A stretch of DNA of 64,000 nt from contig NMRA01000044.1 in assembly GCA_002633005.1 (NCBI GenBank), forward strand, positions 136,182 through 200,181. Direction: 5' to 3'. The notes under the pieces were generated by a model, which saw only the letters and a program-made list of their open reading frames with translations, did no database searches and was not told where the DNA came from. The position numbers and the translations under genes were made by a program. Each line of letters opens with the position of its first letter. Within the stretch, counting starts at the first letter, position 1. Of this stretch, positions 13,604 through 26,941 are shown one piece after another. This DNA is from Phoronis australis (lineage: Eukaryota; Animalia; Phoronida).

Positions 13604-16600
13604 CTAATTGGGTTCTGTATTGTCTTTCACACAGACGAAATGGATGGTTTCGTCCAACGGTGGTGGCAGTGTACCTAGCTCTTGTTTTATGGTAAACCCA
13701 GCTGCACATATTATTTCCCGCGCATTCTCCGTCTTCCACATTGACCCTAAACCCCAGCTTCCTTCGACACACATACACGGTGCGACGCATTCTAGCATAC
13801 TGGACGCGTAACTCATGGCCATGTACTCGTCACTTCCACCACTTTGCACGACAGCGTCCGCCGTGTGCTCGACCACGCTTAAAATTCCACCCTCTGCCAG
13901 GGTTTCACGCATTTCTTTCAACCCAATGTCAGGGCGGTATAAGTCGTGGATAACCATTACAACCAAGACGTAATCGAATCTCTTACGCCATTCTTTCGGA
14001 AGCCCGTAGCATACGTCACCCTGATGAAAGGCGACGTTAGTTAGGCCCAAGTCGAAAGCTTTGGCTTTTCCCATAGTAACGTATTTCTCTTGGTATTCAC
14101 TACCCACAAAGGTTGACTTCGGATAACTTTTGGCAAGTTGTAACAACTTCCTAGCATGTCCGAATCCTATTTCGCAAACTCTAATTCCTTCACCTTGGAG
14201 AAAGAAACAACAAAACATTTCACAGTTTTAAAACATTGATACCATTTTGGAATGCACGAATAAAATCGTTACGGAAAACGGAAGCACAGGAACAATAATA
14301 ATATTTTGCATAGATTGAATTAAAGGATGTGACGCCGTAGACAATTATTTTTTTAATATTATGTTGATAACTTTAGCTTTAGAAAAAGTTGTTTGACATT
14401 GTTTAAAACCAAGTAACAATATTGTTGCTAATGGACAGAACTGTCTGCGGATGAATCATAGGGTAAATCCTACGGTAAAGTAGTTGAGGGAAGCGTTTCT
14501 GTTAGTGCCTACAAGGGCCACTTACTTAGTCTGTCTGTTAGGCCAGGTATTGCCTCCACTATGTGTCGCGCTTCGTTACCTAGTTCTGTATCATCCAGCT
14601 TACGGTAAAGTGCTATCAGCTTTTCATCTTCCCTATCGAATACAGAGTACGGCAAACCTACATGTAAGGAGCAAAACCCAGCAGATATTGGTTATATCAT
14701 TCTTGAACTGGCGGATTTAGAGTGGCCCTTTCTCCCTTACGATATCCTAGATCCACCAGTGTCTTGTTGACATCGTAACCAACTGGTGAAATCTTGAATT
14801 TTGGTCAGCGGATTCAAAACCTATTGTTACCCACAACTCTTACAATTTAATCAAATTTTGGCTAAATCACAGAAAAAAATTTAAAAACCAGCGCATCTAC
14901 GTAGGTTTTCATGTTCAACGTTTCGTTTTAATCGCAAAAGCATTAACAAGACAATAAACCAATGTACACTCAACAGTGCCAAACACTAAGCTAACTGAAA
15001 AAACACGAGTATACTCAAGCACAGCAAAAATTAAGCTACCATAGATTCAAGGCAACAGAGCTCTGTTGCTGATTGAATGGAATGAGCAGCCGTGTTAGCC
15101 AGAATGACTTTTATAATACACTTGACCATACGGTGGTGTTGTAGTAACATCATTTTTAAAAATCTAGTGATTTGTTTACAGCCACGGCTAATTATTTACA
15201 TTGGTGAGACACATTTCAAAGGCGGGCTCAGAAATGAGGGCAATTGGAGGAGCAGGAACACTTTCTCTTAAGTTTCAGTTTGGCCCTCATTTGCGATATT
15301 GTAGATACCCCCAGTAAAACATATAAATAAGTTAACAGCACGCACCAGTTACTCACTCTACACTGGATTAGCGTGTTCTATGTGTCATTAGCACTGAGAC
15401 AGGGAATGGGTTTAACGAGTATAAAAATGATTAAAAGGCATACCAAGAGGTCCAGTCTCGTGGAAACAATCTGTGAAACCATCAAAACATCGACCAAACA
15501 AGCGAAGTAAATAGACAGTTAATATCCGATCAGGCGAGTCGTTCAACACGCCGTGACGATGATCTTTCGGGAGAAAAAACGCCGATTCATTTGATGAGGT
15601 CTCAATGATCTTAAGATGAACCATTTGACGCAGCCATTCATCCACATACCTGAGAAGAGAAACAATGTGCGCTTTACAGTAAGTGTACCCGCGTTTGGCG
15701 AACAAGATGGCTAAAATTCAAATTGAAATGAATGTTCTGTATTTGGTATATCGAGACGAATCATGGTCTTTGACCCGGATAACAAAAATCCCCAATGCCG
15801 CATGTCCTAGCACTTTAACAATAATCGATAAAAAGTTACCGGTGTCCCAGGAAAAATCTGTTCTGTGATTTTTGATAGAGAATGCAAGTACGTGTGTCTT
15901 TGGGGACTTTTTATTCCCAGACCATGACTTATTTGATGTCTGGATTACAAAAAAACAGTTAAATTTGAATTTTTGCCTCATTCGTAAAACTAGAACCCAG
16001 CAATTTTAATTTCACATCGCAAGTTATGTGGCCTAATTTCGTAACCCTCAACGTTATTTCTTAATTATTTTATGTACTTGACGAAAAGCTGCTTTTTAAA
16101 TATTAAAAAGCACTGTGTATTTTTCTGCTTCGTGTAGCTAAGAAAGGTCATGAAAGTCGGAAGAAAAAGCGAGCATAAAATGATATTATTTTTAAATGAT
16201 ATCCATTTTTAAAGCAATTCAGAGCGATTTCATAGCTTTATTCATTTCTTGTGGTGCATAACAGTGAATTGTAAGATGTTCCTTGATTTCAGTTGCATTG
16301 CTAATAAAATTCATTCTACGTTCTCTAATAAAACCAAAGATTAAAGCGGCGATAAAAGAAACAGGGTCTAGTGAAAAGCAACAGGCTTCAGTTTCGCTTC
16401 TTATACCTTACACAACCTACCATTTCATCCGTAATGTAAACAAACCCAGTCCTCCCTGTGGAAATCTGGTAGAGACATGTGGGCATCCAAGATCGTAATC
16501 AACTTGACCCGGCAATGGCATAAGGCCTTTTCCCCGGAATCTTGAATTTTTTTAAATGAAAGCAAAAATTACAGTATCGTTACATTCAATCACGTAAGAA

Positions 16601-17093
16601 CTGTGCAGAATAAATCCCCACAAATAACTCGCATGAACGGACCTATGGGAATTCTTTCAATATGTATATAGCAGTAGCGGATTTAGGGGGGCCAAGGGGA
16701 CCATGGCCCCCAAAAATTCTCCCATATTCCATTTGACAGTTCGGGGTGCGAATTACTGACTACCATATGCGCGCACCCTGGACGGATCGGGGGGCGAATG
16801 CACAATCCATAGGCCTTGAAAAAAACCCGTTTGTTTTTTTTTTTTTAGTAATAAGGTCCACAAACCCAAAAATTTGAGACTCCTACATCCCTACATTTTA
16901 GGCTGGGCACGCGCATGGGGCGAAATTCTGGTTATTGCTTTGCCCCCCCCCCCGCACCCAACTCAAAATCCTGTATCCCGTCCCTGTATAACAGGGCTTT
17001 TCTCTCAGTGAAGTTTCTTCAGGTGAGCACAATTGTTGAGAGTGGAATCTCACAACGGAGACATAGGGGGCGCTTTAAAATCTACAACACCTC

Positions 17094-17125
<32 letters not shown>

Positions 17126-17402
17126 TCCTTCCAAGATCCGCACCTGAAAAAATGCATTCCAGGTGATCGTATATTTTGTAGGCCCGATTACTACAAGCCA
17201 GGCCTCTACAGTCATACCGGTTTTTCATTCCAGCAGCTCGTGCTATTGCTGAAGCAGTTTGCGGACTGTCGAAGGTAGCCAGTGTCTTAAATAATCCCAA
17301 CTCGATGCCGAGAGCGACGCCAAAGGAATTAATGCCATTTCGCAATAAGCGAGTTGTCTTTTCATGGAAGTCTATTGACGAGTTGTCAAGGCCTTCTGCC
17401 AT
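13604..17402 (-). CDS. SAM-dependent methyltransferase, Rv2258c-like (N-terminal winged helix + class I MTase), 4 exons, 370 aa
   Basis: Exons 17402-17218, 15649-15444, 14657-14526, 14193-13604; all GT-AG and in frame (1113 nt). Motifs ALGIELGLF, RYVDEWL, GPLGLPYS, IPGLTDRL, IRVCEIGFG, FDYV..VIHDL, GLGSMW..AAGF. Confidence 0.88.
16673..16986. mobile_element. GC-rich-ended non-autonomous DNA element (CAGTAGCGGAT...ATCCCGTCCCTG)
   Basis: Imperfect terminal inverted repeats with G/C runs; related ends near 1090 and 11320-11396; no TSD found. Confidence 0.5.
17097..17125. repeat. (CA)n microsatellite
   Basis: Direct observation. Confidence 0.95.
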
Positions 17403-17805
17403 TTTTTCGTGACGTGTTCAACAATTATCGGTCGGAATACACAGTATCAGGTCAGCCGGTTAAAATAGGTCGTTCTTAATCTTAACACGGTGTTGAACTC
17501 GTGTATATTAATTTCTCTACGAAACGAGGTTGAACAGCATGAGGGTTATTGTTTCCATTCCAATCATTAGTATAAAATAAAGTTCGCGCAACAAATTGAT
17601 CCGTTTAAAAAATCAGTGTTTGCTTGTATATTTAGTTAAAATGGTTGTAGGCGTGTTTCTGGCGATTTTTTTCTATCTGAGACGATAAGAAGTTTTCTCA
17701 CATTGAACGATAGGGAAGACTTCCCCTAAATGTATTGTGAAATAACGGAGTTAGCATGTGATCAGGGTTATTATCGTCACACATATGTATTTGTATTGTA
17801 CACAC

Positions 17806-17808
17806 GTG

Positions 17809-17860
<52 letters not shown>

Positions 17861-17863
17861 TGT
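17806..17863. repeat. (GT)n(GCGT)n compound microsatellite
   Basis: Direct observation. Confidence 0.95.
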
Positions 17864-19237
17864 TGATTTTGATCTTTCTAACGTCCCTCATTTCTTGTTT
17901 TCAGTTGCCGAATAATAAATGTAGTGGGTGCAAGCATGTATCCATATAGCCAGTCAACTATTGTTGAAATCGGGAGTTGTAAAGCTAGGAATTGCCCCCA
18001 GAAAGTGACGCTCGTCCACCTAAATTCTAATTGTGGTCATTAGTCCACAAGAACTTTATACCAATGTAGAACGAACAGGCGAAAGTTTTGTAATTTAAGG
18101 CTTGAAACTCACTTTGTTCGGTGTTGCAAACGAGTCCCGTGCTGCAAACGATTACATGAGAAACGCAATCAAGAACAGTCGCCAAAGTCAATTTCGCACC
18201 GAATTTTACATGAAAATTGAAACCTGAGGCAAATAACTCAAAAAAGAGTGGTATAAAAGTGGCCGCGGTTTTGCCGAAAACGTTATGCTCCTCACTTAAA
18301 GCCACGTAGATCCGTATTTTTCAGTGCTTTGCTTTACAATCCTACTGCTGACATTATTCCCATGCAAAGAATGAAGTCTATCCCAGAATCGGCTAAAAAA
18401 ACATACAACGGACAAATGCACTGGACATGCTATACATCATCGCCAAGCAGTGAATTATAAAAAAAAATTTGACTGCCAGACATATTTTACCCAAAAGTCG
18501 CAGCACGTGTTCCTTGACTTGGAAGGATGTAGCAGAATTATTCAAAAGCATTCAACATACGGAACTTTTTATTTTCCAGATATCGAATTTGTCTAAAGAA
18601 GTTCATCTTTACATGTAACAAGTTTCAATTTATAATTTTTCTATGTTAAACCTTAAACCTACATGTAGCAAAGTAAATAAACACACAAAATAAAAAAGTT
18701 AATGTTATTCAAATTAAATTAATGAGCCCCATGATCGCTACCAATACATGAATATCAAACTGGCAGTAAACATAAAAGGTAGCAGCCAATGACATAACTA
18801 ACAAATGTCAAAAGTATCAAAGGACATCCACACTCAACCACATAATTTAGTCCTGTCAAAAATCGCCACACTAATATGTATCAAGTTAGCACAGACAAAT
18901 GTACTCTCCCATGCCGCCAGTGAACTTCATCCAGCATTTGCTCTACAAATGTAAACACTGGGCAGGGCTCCAAATGAGGAGTTGCAGGTCGCATTTGCAC
19001 TGTGATAAGTTAACCGGTCTCAAGTACTGAGGAATTACTAGTTCATTCCAAGACCAGAAAGCACTTCTACAAGTTGAGACCAACTTCATAGTAGTACCCA
19101 GTCTAAATGGAAAGTTAGTTTTTGACACAAGGTGTGTTCACAGTAGTTATAAGTCCAGTTGAAATGGTACGCACCAATTTTTTATTATTTATTGCATCAC
19201 ATTCACTGACAGTATAAACAACGAAGCAACACACACT

Positions 19238-19521
19238 CCTGGGGGTCACTCATAATGACAAGATGCCCGCAATCATGTAACAAAAATTGCTGAGAAAACC
19301 CCTATTGCAGGTGCCAGGTCTGCTAATTCCCACTCCCTTTTACGGGGTAGATTTTTCTGCCTTACTCTCAATGCAGTGATACTTGTGCAGGACGAAATTG
19401 AAATTTAGGGGCCTATTGGATCCCGCACGGTTCCCGCAAAACTTGCTGAAAAAGTACTGCCTACCCGCAATATTTGGTAGACGCCTGCGGGCACCTTGTC
19501 CATGTGAGTGACTCCCCTGGG
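19238..19521. mobile_element. MITE, CC(C)TGGGG-ended family, copy 1
   Basis: TIR CCTGGGGGTCACTCATAATGACAAGATGCCC / GGGCACCTTGTCCATGTGAGTGACTCCCCTGGG; flanks CACACACT/CATACACT; homologous to 32058-32369. Confidence 0.8.
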
Positions 19522-20458
19522 CATACACTGCAGTGCAATGATTCCAAAATATAAGATGAAAATAATTATCCATTGAGTCCCCCGCACTCACATTTACTTT
19601 GGACCACTGTAACATTTTCAGTGATCTGCGAATGAAAGAACTATGGCATCTCGACAACAGCAAACTTGAAATTGGCAGTTTTATTCCTGTAATCTTGCGA
19701 AAAATAGATTTTTAGTAGAATGAAGAAGGGCAAGCTCTCATTGCCTCTCCAGAGACATACTGATTCACTTTTGTACCTTATAAGGTCACCACCAGCTTTA
19801 AATTTTAGGTCCTGAATGATTAATTAATTTTGATGCATCCCATGGAATAAGAGATTACCCACATTTACATGACTAGCACAAATGAACAATTTTCCATGGT
19901 TGTTCCCAACAAAAGCTACACATCTGGGAAACGGATATCCCAGCTTTCTGGAGAAACATATTAGGGCAGCGCAGAACGAGCTGAGCTGTCTGCCTCAAGT
20001 GAACAATAGCTGACACCATGGCTCACACCAAGGCACACACAACTGAATGAAATGGAAAGTATTGGAAGTTCAATCAATTGTTGCTGTATTTTCACACACA
20101 GCTATAAATTCCTTGAGACAGACAGCTCGGCAATAGTCTCATATAGCATGCCCTCACTTCAGAGAACCAGTTGTCTTTCTGAAATATTGGGCATCAACTG
20201 GTTCTTAAAATGTGGGAACATTATATCACACTATCATCAACAGCTCAACTCGTTGCATGCCCTTACTGCTCTGAATTCTATGTGTCAAAGGAAATTAAAA
20301 ACTTCATTAGCGAGTATTACAGCATAACTGTGTACTTTGGCATGAACAAATTCATAATTTTATGGCAAGTGTATTGTGTAATTAGATGGCCAGTAATAAA
20401 TTAAGATTATTGTCTGTACTACGGCAATCTTCCATAACACAGTTCAAACATCAAAGCA

Positions 20459-20986
20459 TTATGAAATACTTCTATAGAATGACCTTATGGCATCCCACTG
20501 TGGTTTACGTAAAATAATATGAGGTCGCTTTTCCTTGATGAATTCAACGGCAGTTTCGGGATCAAATCCCTTGTACTTCATCAAATAACATGCCACTATT
20601 GTCGAGCTTCGAGTCCTTCCAGCCTTGCAGTGTACATATACACTCCCATTCAGTTGTTTTATTTCATCAATGAAGTCCATCCCTCTCTCTATTTTCTCCT
20701 GACTGGGGGCAGCAATCAAATCCACAGTCGATAAATGAAGGTGTCTTACTCCAAACGATCCCCACTCTTCAGATGTATTACACAGCTTCAGTTCAAAATC
20801 CTCGTTCATGGTAATGACACCCTTGACACCCATCTCAAGCAACTCATACGTCATCTGTCGGAAGGGTAATGCGCCTAGGACAACAGTTTCGTCAATCCTG
20901 TCATACCAGTTTCGAGACGTAAATTTCGACATAACAGCATTATAAAATAAAGTCGGATAGAACGCTATACGAGCTACAAACGACAT
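20459..20986 (-). CDS. PTPMT1: Mitochondrial phosphatidylglycerophosphatase / dual-specificity phosphatase PTPMT1, intronless CDS, 175 aa
   Basis: ARIAFYPTLFYN, WYDRIDETVVLGALPF, catalytic VYVHCKAGRTRS, IKEKRPHI; ATG at 20986. Confidence 0.95.
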   Translation of the reverse strand: MSFVARIAFYPTLFYNAVMSKFTSRNWYDRIDETVVLGALPFRQMTYELLEMGVKGVITMNEDFELKLCNTSEEWGSFGVRHLHLSTVDLIAAPSQEKIERGMDFIDEIKQLNGSVYVHCKAGRTRSSTIVACYLMKYKGFDPETAVEFIKEKRPHIILRKPQWDAIRSFYRSIS

Positions 20987-21474
20987 GGTATTCACAGCTC
21001 AAATGAAGCAACTCGAGAATTCAATAAAAGTCCACACGAATGTTGACAATCTTTTCACTCCGAGTACGATACAGTTCATACGTAAATTGAATCAGGAACA
21101 CACGTCTCAGAACCTGAGGCTGAAATAAAAGAATAAGCCTCGTGCCATTCGTCCAGCGGAATAATGGTAGTACATAGTCAAAGTAAAGCACAGCAATGCA
21201 CACTCGTTACTTCAAATCGTTTCACGCCTGACTCAAAAAAGTCTTAGAACGTTGCGTTCACCATAACTACAGTTAAGAAAGCTTTCGCTCACTCTCACGC
21301 GAGTAAACTACAGCGCCATCTCCCGATGTAATCATTTTCGGCAGATGTCGCTTCATGATATTCAGCCAATCACCTCTCGTTCAAATAGAAAGCCCGTTCC
21401 GTAGTTGCCAAGCAAAACAGACAAGCACTTGGTCATCAAAGAAAGGACGTATAAAGTATCTCATTTCTACCGCA
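20987..21474. promoter_or_regulatory. Putative bidirectional promoter PTPMT1/SPATA4
   Basis: Divergent ATGs separated by 488 bp; CAGCGCCATCT motif at 21311 and CCAAT at ~21367. Confidence 0.55.
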
Positions 21475-24400
21475 ATGGCAGGGCTCCCACGCGAGGTTCT
21501 AAGGTGGATACAAAGTCTAGATTTAACATGGCAGTTGAAAATGCCAAAATGGTAAGAAATAAACCATTTTAAGCATGCTTAAATATTCATTTAATCTAGT
21601 TGGTCCACGACTCCGGTACGGTAGGCGGCACTCTGCCTCTGCCCTCTGTCTCTGCTCCACCAGGTTTTTTTCTCGATCTTTTTTAGCACATACCTCTCAT
21701 GCACTATGTACGTTATCATATTACATATATACCAGCGCTCGATTTGGCTACCTGTAGGCCGCCAATACGACCTCAGATTGTGTTTTTCAACCTGGGAAAA
21801 ATCCCTAGCCTAGTCCCCACGAAGTCGCCAAGCAGCGAGTATCAAAGACAAGTCAGATAAAAATTCCCCGACAATCATTTCAAAGTTTATGATAACTTTA
21901 AATGTCTAACAGTTTTCCTAGAATCAATATCTTTGGTTCACAAAAATTGTTCTGTTTATCAGTTTATCAGTGCTATTGCCACCACAGCAATCAGCATACA
22001 TCAAGCACATGCTTTAATTAGAACTGGAAGTAAACAAACAAAAGTCAGAATTGTTCGTCTAAAATCAGGCAAGATTGGTGAGTTATGTGTCGCCAGTGCA
22101 TGCAATTATCTGCACGTTTCTTGTTAGTTCATTGGCAGGAAGATTTAAGTTGGAGAATAAATGTCATGAAGAGGATGTTTTGTATAGAATACTATCACCA
22201 AAAAACTTTGAACAACGAAAAACGGTTGACTTTCAGAGAATTAGATTTAACCTTCACCTGCTGATTCCTTTGTGGGACTGTAACCTCTGACTCGCTTACT
22301 ACCACACATTGTTTACAAACACAATAGGCTTGTTTGTCAAGTTTAATCAACCATGATACTAGATCAGATCATGATGTTGCAATTTTCTTGGTTTTAACAG
22401 TGCAGGGGAATGGTTCAAAAGCAAATTCACTACAGTCTTTCATTTTTCTGTGATCAGTATTGTTTTCTTTCAAAATCAAATGACATATGGCACTTTATAA
22501 ATATTATATATTTATAAAGTGTCATAATATATTGTTATATTTATTTATATTATTTGTAAACTCAAAAATGGAAAAGTGCATCTCATGGTTTCTAAACAAG
22601 AGGTAAACTGGCTAAATATTTTATAGCGATGAGCAGACTGTATTGTGCAATTGCTATGGCCTGAACTGTGTCAACTGTGAGTGTAATCTGGAACCGAATC
22701 GAAAAGTAACTGACCAATTGCAGCACTAGAAATAAGAGATAACAAACCTCCAGCCCAACTCACAAATTTTTTGTTTATTTCAGGTGGATGTGTCTAACGG
22801 ATATTTGTCAATAATTAGTGAAGTTCAATTTTACATTGTCATTTAAAGTCTTGTCTGATTTGTTATTTTTCAGGGACTTGACAAATGGTTACCTCATTGC
22901 TGAAATATTCTCATGGTATTATCCGCAAGATGTGTCAATGCATTCTTTTAACACTGGGACATCACTGGATTGTAAGCAGAGAAACTGGTTTTTATTGAAA
23001 AATGTAAGTGGTGTTCCATAAGTAACTTTGTTCGTGTTAGCCTGCTCTGCAAGTGATATGAAAATGTGAAAATTTTGTTGTATTAGTGCAGCACCAGCAT
23101 AAATACAAGAAATAGTAACCTTCAGGGGTCCCGGTTTTGGCTGAATCGGTTTCTGCCACTGATTTAACTGGTATAAAACTGGTTTGCCATTTCTGGGACC
23201 CCTATAAGTGACTAAAACTTTTCTGTGTGTCATCATTCCGTACGAATTGTAATAACCATTGTATAGCTACACCCTACAATAATTAGGTACAGTCAAGAAT
23301 TTACAAATTGAGAATAGCTAATTTCACACTGGATTAATCTGTGAACTTTCCCCCTCCAAACCCAAAATACAATTCAGAATTCCAGCCTCGTCATGACGTC
23401 AACAAAATTGTGACAAAAATCTGGTTTTGTCACATTTCTTATAAAAGGCTCATTGTGGAAAGACGGCATAATTGTAATTCTGAAGAACCTCTAGAATGTT
23501 TTCTAGACAAACATCTGTTGCTAAATAATCCCCAGGAAGCATATAGTCTAATGACTGTTGTTGATCAGTATGTGAAATTATTATTTCAGTTTATAAAGAA
23601 AAATAAACTCGGCATCCCTGAAGAGATTGTGGATGGCACGATACACTGTAAGGAGGGGGCCGCAACTTTGATGGTGAAGTACATGTATGAAATCCTCACA
23701 AACAGAGTGTAAGTACTTTCTCATTATCATTCTGAGTTCTCGCAGAGTGGGAAATGACCTTGAACTGCATCCTGCGGTGCAAGACTGAGCATACTTTGCG
23801 GTCACATGTGCCTATTCACATCAATATCAAAGGCATTTGACTTGACAAATTTAAAAAAACAAGGGGTGGAGGTGGAAGCTAGTACAATACTTAATTCAAA
23901 GTTTGTTGAAAAATAACTGACATGGTATTATTCTATTTTCAAAGGCTGGTTGTATCTAGTGCAATAGATGCTGAAAACTTTATAGTCTGGTCTGCACACC
24001 ACCTGTTGGCCACTAACACATCACTAGGTCATGTCCATTTGGCCATCAGGTGATATGTTTACATTTTCAAAAGCTGATTACCATGCTGCACATGCTGAAT
24101 CTTTACCAAGTGTTTTTGTGACGTCTGTACGTCATAAGCCAATTTGATTTTTACATTTGTTTAGAGAACTGTTTTGCATAGCTATAGACGTGGGCATTAA
24201 TCTGAGGGGATACTGCGTAAAACTTGCTGGTTATTCCTAAGCAAAAGCAACAGCACATTAACTATCTGAAAAGTATGACAAAACTCATAAGAAGTGGTGA
24301 GTATGGGAGCCAATGTAGAAACAAATTATTGTAGCACTTTGCTATGCGCACTATTTTGGGAGATGCAATCTTTTGCATGGTAACACCAACTGTGATAATA

Positions 24401-26941
24401 GCAGGCAATGGGTCATGAACACACTGATTAAAGGTGTATTCTTTCACACTTGCATTACCTGCCCATACTCAGTCATCAAGTAGTCAATCACTAATGATAT
24501 CTCATCAAATTGCAGTGTGTAGTTCCCAGTGCTGCAGAAACCTGCAGTTTACTACTGTTTCACGTGTGTAAGGTATTTTCCGCCCCGAAGCTGTCAAGTA
24601 GGACTTCTTAGGGAAATAACATATAGCTTAATTCAGAAGTATGGATCTTGCCATATCATTCGCTGTTTCTTATTGCTCGCTTTTCAATAGGATTTTCATC
24701 ATTCAATATCTCGTGGTTGCACTCTCCACCATGTTGATTTCACTTTTTGCTGTATCAACAAGCGACACATTAAATGCCACACATAGTTCTCTGACAAGAG
24801 GACTCTACCTCTACACCCTGTGACTGTGGTCTATTTTATGAAAATTAAAGCATTGCCCACATATTCCAGTGTCAATGAGCCACACAGTGAACGCAGCACA
24901 GAGTTTTCTGACACAGCCTATCAAGAGAAGCTCCCTCTACATGCCCGGTCGACAGCCGCTATGTCTATTAAATCTAACCTCAAGGCGACAGAGATTGATG
25001 CGGACAGGAGTATTATTCTGTCTCAACAAAAAGTGAGTCGAAACAGTGGTTCTGTGTTTTGTTATTACGCAGGAACTTGTGATGATTTATGTGATTGCCC
25101 TACAATTCCGAAGTGGACCATGGCCTTGATTTTGTTGGTCCATTTCAATTTCTTCGGATGCGTGAAAACAGTCCTGAATGCAAAATAATGAACAATGTAC
25201 ATTGGGAAGTGGAAGCAAATCTGATGATATTGCAGTAATCAGTCAACGGAAAATACAGGAAAATAACCAAGAAATGGTGTCTGTTCCACATAATTTATGA
25301 AAATGCATCCAAGGTAATCGATGTACGTGTTCATTCAATATGCATCTCCTTTGGTGTAACTGCATCCAGCGAGACAAAAATGCAACTTGGGGCAATTTCT
25401 GCTGCATGTATTACAAAGACCCAGAGTAAAATGACAATCAGGTTTAATGCATGTGATGTGTTTCAAAATGGCAGGGGCATTGAAAGAACTGGGGGTTGAA
25501 TAATTCCATATTCCTTTAAAAGGACACAATGGGTTGTTAATGGCCAAAAAACACATTATTGTGATTATTCCTGGCTAAGATAGACTTGGAGTTATTAACT
25601 TGGACCAGGGGTCTTTGCAAAACAAAAAAATTGATTGCGTTTTGATGATTTTGTTAGAAATCCCTGATCTCCAAGATTGTTTTTCAATCATTCAGAAGCA
25701 TTTAATGAATTCTGCAAGTTTATATGCGCTAAAAATACCCAACCACTTGTCTCATTGACAGTTTTTAACTCTATATTCTCAAAGTGTCGAACTGCGCAAT
25801 CCAACCCCACGAAAATAGCCACCATTCCCAGATTGCACCTTGATTTTTTATCTGAACCTGAATTTTTAGTACACATGTGCTGGTAATGCAAAAAATAACC
25901 ATTTTGTTCACGTTGTTGTTCTATTTTCAGACTCAGAGAATCATTGATGACCACATAGTTAACAGGCGAATGCAGAGGATACAAGACCCTAAACGGTTCG
26001 ACATTAAGCCAACATTGGGAGAGAGAGCCCAGCGACGACCTCCACAGAATGAGGTCACAGAGAGTTCAATATACCTGCCTGAAAAAGCAGACTCTGGTAG
26101 GCAAAGTAAGTAACAGTTAGTTATTATGCACACTGAAAACTTTACACCTCTAAAAACGCATTATACTTCCAATTTGTGATGCAAGATTGGTTGCAGAAAC
26201 TATCAGTGAACACGCTTTATTCCATAGTATAATCAATTGCAAAATACTTACTCGCTGCATGATGATGCATTTATAGCAATTTCAAAAACTGTGTGCGCGT
26301 GTGCGTGCGTGTGCATGCGTGTCTTAAAAAGTCATTGGGGTGATACATATTTATTGTTGCTTTGCCAATTCATGTATGTCCAAGTAAATATTGCCAAGAT
26401 CTAACATTACCTTTACATTCATTTTTACCATTTATTATGACCAATTACCATTAAGTCCCATGAATAAGAGAAACTACAATTGTTTTCCTTCAAATTCTTG
26501 TAGCTAGAAAACATGATAGGAAAGGCTTTTGCTGTTTAATGTTGTGACATTTATATAAATCACAAAATTAAAAAACCAAGTGCTGTGCTTTAAGCCAATG
26601 CAGCAAGGCTTGGCTCTTAAAAGTCAAATTGTTTAAAGATGAGGGCTGGGCATTTTCTGAACGTGATTTTGTTTGCAGCTGTTGCGAGAAGGAAAGTGCC
26701 TCTCTGTGTTGAGCTTGTCGCTGTGCATGGGAGTTTGGTGGCAAAAACATGCTTTACTTTACAAGCTTAATCTTAACATTGTACGCACATGTAAAATGCT
26801 GTTTTCTTGTAACAATTTCACTTTATTTTCATTGCAGGAGAGCATTCCAATGCCGGTAGTCAAAAAGAAACTGTTGTTGCTTTCAAGGAAATCACCGTTC
26901 AGCAGCAGATGCCGCGAGCTAATCCAGTTTATGGGCAGTAA
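21475..26941 (+). CDS. SPATA4: Spermatogenesis-associated protein 4 (calponin-homology domain, SPEF1 family), 6 exons, ~255 aa
   Basis: Exons 21475-21551, 22874-23003, 23590-23708, 24870-25032, 25931-26105, 26838-26941; motifs REVLRWIQSLDL, DLTNGYLIAEIFSWYYP, GTIHCKEG, LPLHARST, RFDIKPTLGE; last exon and exon 5 donor less certain. Confidence 0.9.
23113..23214. mobile_element. ~100-bp MITE (TAGTCACTTACAGGGGTCC-like TIR), copy 1
   Basis: Inverted ends; related copies near 44530-44605 and 47783-47882. Confidence 0.6.

Noticed and set aside
14905-14952. Minus-strand CGAAACGTT Penelope-end-like motif (similar one near 7385)
   Set aside because: CUGANGA box absent; too degenerate to call
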